From the NCBI GenBank assembly GCA_034422655.1, contig DAOUJN010000035.1:78549-142548 (forward strand): DNA of 64,000 nucleotides. The letters are read 5' to 3'. A program made the translations under genes and the position numbers. Of this stretch, positions 61,529 to 64,000 are shown one piece after another. This DNA is from Dehalococcoidia bacterium. GTDB lineage: Bacteria; Chloroflexota; Dehalococcoidia; Lucifugimonadales; UBA3495. The notes beneath the pieces are model-generated. The model was not told where the DNA came from, ran no database searches, and saw nothing but the letters and a program-made list of their open reading frames with translations. The first letter of the stretch is position 1. Each line of letters starts with the position of its first letter.

Positions 61529-62086
61529 TCAGGCGTCCCTCCGCAGCAGGGAGAGAAGGCTGTCTCCGTCCCAGCGGCTATTGGAGAAGTCACCCCTGGC
61601 AGCAACGGTTACCATGCTGATGCCGGGTTTCTGCACGCCCCGCATGGCCATGCACAGGTGTTGCGCTTCCAGTTCCACCACCACGCCCAGGGGCTCCAGG
61701 GCGGAAAAGATGGCGTCGGCTACCTGCCCCGTCAGCCGCTCCTGAACCTGGGGCCGGCGGCAGGCCACGTCCAGGGCGCGGGACAGCTTGCTGATGCCGG
61801 CGATTCTGCCGTTGGGGACGTAGGCCAGGCCGGCGGAACCGAAGAAGGGGAGCAGGTGGTGCTCGCACATGGAGTAGAAGGGGACGTTGCGCAGGACTAC
61901 CGGGTCGGTGCTCTCCTCGTCAAAAACGGCGTCAATGGCTTCCCGGGGATCGACGCCCACACCGGAAAACAACTCCTGGTACATGCGGGCCACCCGCTGG
62001 GGCGTCTCCCGCAGGCCCTGCCTGTGGGGATCTTCGCCAATGGCGATCAGGAGGTCCGTTACGCTATGTTCAATGCTGGATTGAAT
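61529..62086 (-). CDS. folE: GTP cyclohydrolase I; the proposed start is a non-canonical ATT
   Basis: SMCEHHLLPF and QERLT motifs. The conserved N-terminal block IEHSVTDLLIAIGEDPHRQGLRETPQRV is encoded in frame upstream of the first GTG (61993), and no ATG/GTG/TTG lies before it. The ATT at 62086 is preceded by AGGGCGGG plus 7 nt. Confidence 0.75.
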   Translation of the reverse strand: MQSSIEHSVTDLLIAIGEDPHRQGLRETPQRVARMYQELFSGVGVDPREAIDAVFDEESTDPVVLRNVPFYSMCEHHLLPFFGSAGLAYVPNGRIAGISKLSRALDVACRRPQVQERLTGQVADAIFSALEPLGVVVELEAQHLCMAMRGVQKPGISMVTVAARGDFSNSRWDGDSLLSLLRRDA

Positions 62087-62120
62087 GGTATTACCCGCCC
62101 TGTGGGAAATTCTGGGTAGG

Positions 62121-63182
62121 TTACCCCGCGGGGGCCAGGGCCGCAGCCTCCACCGCTTCCATGGTAGGTTCCACCTCTATGGTCTGGGCCGTTACGCTGC
62201 TGACCGCCAGGTCCGGGTCCTTCAGGCCGGACCCGGTTATGATACATACTACACGCTGGTCTGACAGATTCAACCCCTGGCGCACCTGCTTGATCAGGCC
62301 GGCCACCGAGGCCGCCGAAGCCGGCTCGCCGAACAGGCCTTCGCGGGAGGCCAGCAGCCGGTAGGCTTCCAGGATTTCGTCGTCGCTGACCATGTCTATC
62401 GTGCCGCCGGACTCGTCCCTGGCCTGGAGGGCGGGCTGCCAACTGGCCGGGTTGCCGATCCGGATGGCCGAGGCGATTGTCTGCGGGTTGTTGATAGGGT
62501 GGCCGTGCACGATGGGGGCGGCCCCGGCGGCCTGGAAACCCATCATGCGGGGCAGGGTGCGGGTGCGTTCCAGCTTGTTGTATTCGACGAAGCCCTTCCA
62601 GTAGGCGGTGATGTTGCCGGCGTTGCCCACGGGGATGAACAGGTAATCGGGGGCGTCGCCCAGGACGTCGGCTATCTCGAAAGCGGCCGTCTTCTGGCCT
62701 TCAATACGGTGGGGGTTAACGGAATTGACCAGGGTGATGGGGTGATTGCGGGTAAACTCCCGGACCAGGCTTAGGGCGGCGTCGAAGTTGCCGTCCACCA
62801 TGATTATCCTGGCGCCGTAGGCCATAGCCTGGGCGAGTTTGCCCAGCGCCACCTCCCCCTTGGGAATCAGGACAAAGGCCCGAAGATCGAGATAGGCGCT
62901 GTAGGCAGCCGCCGAGGCGCTGGTATTGCCGGTAGAAGCGCACATGATTCCCACCGCGCCCTCCTCCACGGCCTTGGCGATGGCCACCACCATGCCCCGG
63001 TCCTTGAAGGAGCCGGTGGGGTTGCACCCCTCCAGCTTGAAGTACAGTTCCTTGCATCCCAGTTCCTTGCCCAGGTGGTTGGACTTGACCAGGGGGGTTT
63101 CCCCCTCACCCAGGGAAAAGATGGGCGTGTCCTCGTTCAGAGGCAGGAACTCTCCGTATTTCTTCAGTACGCCGATTCCCAT
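62121..63182 (-). CDS. thrC: threonine synthase
   Basis: FKLEGCNPTGSFKDRGM PLP-lysine motif. 353 aa. Confidence 0.92.
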   Translation of the reverse strand: MGIGVLKKYGEFLPLNEDTPIFSLGEGETPLVKSNHLGKELGCKELYFKLEGCNPTGSFKDRGMVVAIAKAVEEGAVGIMCASTGNTSASAAAYSAYLDLRAFVLIPKGEVALGKLAQAMAYGARIIMVDGNFDAALSLVREFTRNHPITLVNSVNPHRIEGQKTAAFEIADVLGDAPDYLFIPVGNAGNITAYWKGFVEYNKLERTRTLPRMMGFQAAGAAPIVHGHPINNPQTIASAIRIGNPASWQPALQARDESGGTIDMVSDDEILEAYRLLASREGLFGEPASAASVAGLIKQVRQGLNLSDQRVVCIITGSGLKDPDLAVSSVTAQTIEVEPTMEAVEAAALAPAG

Positions 63183-63206
63183 GCTATTGCAAGCAGCCTT
63201 AGTGGT

Positions 63207-63290
63207 TTATCCACGAATGAGCACGAATATTCACTAATGTTTCTTTTGCCCTTATCAGCCATTGGTGAGAATTCGTGAGTATTCGTGGAA
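63207..63290. repeat. Family A inverted-repeat element, full copy
   Basis: TTATCCACGAATGAGCACGAATATTCACTAATG...CCATTGGTGAGAATTCGTGAGTATTCGTGGAA. Lies between the hom stop and the thrC start. Confidence 0.9.
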
Positions 63291-63305
63291 AGCAAGAACG
63301 CGGCC

Positions 63306-64000
63306 CTAGTCCTCAATCCGCAGCAGGCTGTTGATTTCCTGCACTACCTCCAGTTCTGCCGCCAGTTCCAGGGCCTTCTGCACCCACAATTCCCTTGCGG
63401 GGTGGGTCGTGATGACTATTTCCGCCGTTTGCGCCTCCGGGTTGGCGTCCTTCTGCAGCACCGATGCAATGCTGATGTTCTGCTCGCCCAGGATGCGGGC
63501 TATCTGGGCCAGTACGCCGGGCCGGTCGGCGATGTTGAGCCGCAGGAAGTACTGGCATTCCAGGTCGTCAATGGAACGGATGGCGCCCGAGTCTTCGGGT
63601 GTAATCGAAGGCAGGGGAGTCGAGCCGGCGCCCAGGTTGCGGGCAATTTCAATCAGGTCTCCCACCACGGCGCTGGTGGTGGGGCCGCGGCCGGCGCCCC
63701 GGCCGTGAATCAAGACCCGCCCGCAGAGGCTGCCCTCCACTTCCACCGCATTATACACCCCATCCACCTTGGCTAACATATTGTCCTGGGGAACCAGGGC
63801 CGGATACACCCGGGCCTGTATGCCGCCATCTTCCAGGGTGGCGATGGCAAGGGACTTAATTGCGTAACCCAGTTCGTGGGCGTACCGGAAGTCCTGGGGC
63901 TGCAGACGGGTGATGCCCTCCCGGTGGATGCCTTCCGGCGGCACACGGCGGTGAAAGGCCAGGCCGGCCAGGATGGACAGCTTGTAGACGGCGTCAAAAC
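63306..64000 (-). CDS. hom: homoserine dehydrogenase, C-terminal part (the gene continues beyond the window end)
   Basis: The frame stays open to position 64000 (FDAVYKLSILAGLAFHRRV...). A C-terminal ACT domain is present (YFLRLNIADRPGVLAQIARILGEQNISI). Confidence 0.85.
   Translation of the reverse strand, partial: FDAVYKLSILAGLAFHRRVPPEGIHREGITRLQPQDFRYAHELGYAIKSLAIATLEDGGIQARVYPALVPQDNMLAKVDGVYNAVEVEGSLCGRVLIHGRGAGRGPTTSAVVGDLIEIARNLGAGSTPLPSITPEDSGAIRSIDDLECQYFLRLNIADRPGVLAQIARILGEQNISIASVLQKDANPEAQTAEIVITTHPARELWVQKALELAAELEVVQEINSLLRIED

Noticed and set aside
13239-63290. The family A repeats considered as a CRISPR array or arrays.
   Set aside because: The copies are dispersed over 50 kb, separated by whole genes. 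They are internally inverted rather than direct repeats with uniform spacers, and no cas genes are present.

Overview
This is a 64-kb high-GC bacterial chromosomal segment. Hand-counted 60-nt lines in housekeeping genes give about 62-65% GC. It is densely coding, with about 68 supportable CDS. I found no rRNA, tRNA, CRISPR array, transposase or integrase. Housekeeping genes: hom (partial)-thrC-folE, valS, aroE, aroC, asnS, gatC-gatA, rsmG, queF plus a YhhQ-type transporter, msrA and msrB. The rest is a large oxidoreductase and catabolic complement: 3 SDRs, 2 luciferase-like (LLM) oxidoreductases, an acyl-CoA dehydrogenase, an FAD oxidase, CoxS/CoxM/CoxG without CoxL, an amidase, a gamma-glutamyltransferase, CapA, PrpD/MmgE, hotdog dehydratases and 3 MFS transporters. 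The gene content, the strong GGAGG ribosome-binding sites and the two Uma2 nucleases are reminiscent of Chloroflexota (SAR202-like), but that is inference only. Most notable observations, in order of interest: (1) A low-GC two-gene island between valS and msrB (47911-49724) encodes an ABC/OLD-type ATPase and a small TOPRIM-like protein. This is a PARIS/AbiL-like architecture and the best candidate for a defence system. (2) A recoded UGSC-type selenoprotein (25531-26061) has an in-frame TGA and a hairpin downstream of it. (3) Four families of short intergenic repeats. The dominant one has 14 loci. Each of its arms is three ATTCGTG heptads phased exactly 10 bp apart, and most copies lie within about 20 nt of a stop codon. 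(4) A 69-aa GatC-like ORF is translationally coupled to an amidase-signature enzyme (AtzG/AtzE-like), separate from the true gatCA. (5) The conserved N-terminus of folE lies upstream of any ATG/GTG/TTG start codon. (6) Sigma70-type promoters with a TTGACA-17-TAGAAT pattern recur across the window. All functional calls come from reading the translated ORFs and motifs. No database search was run.
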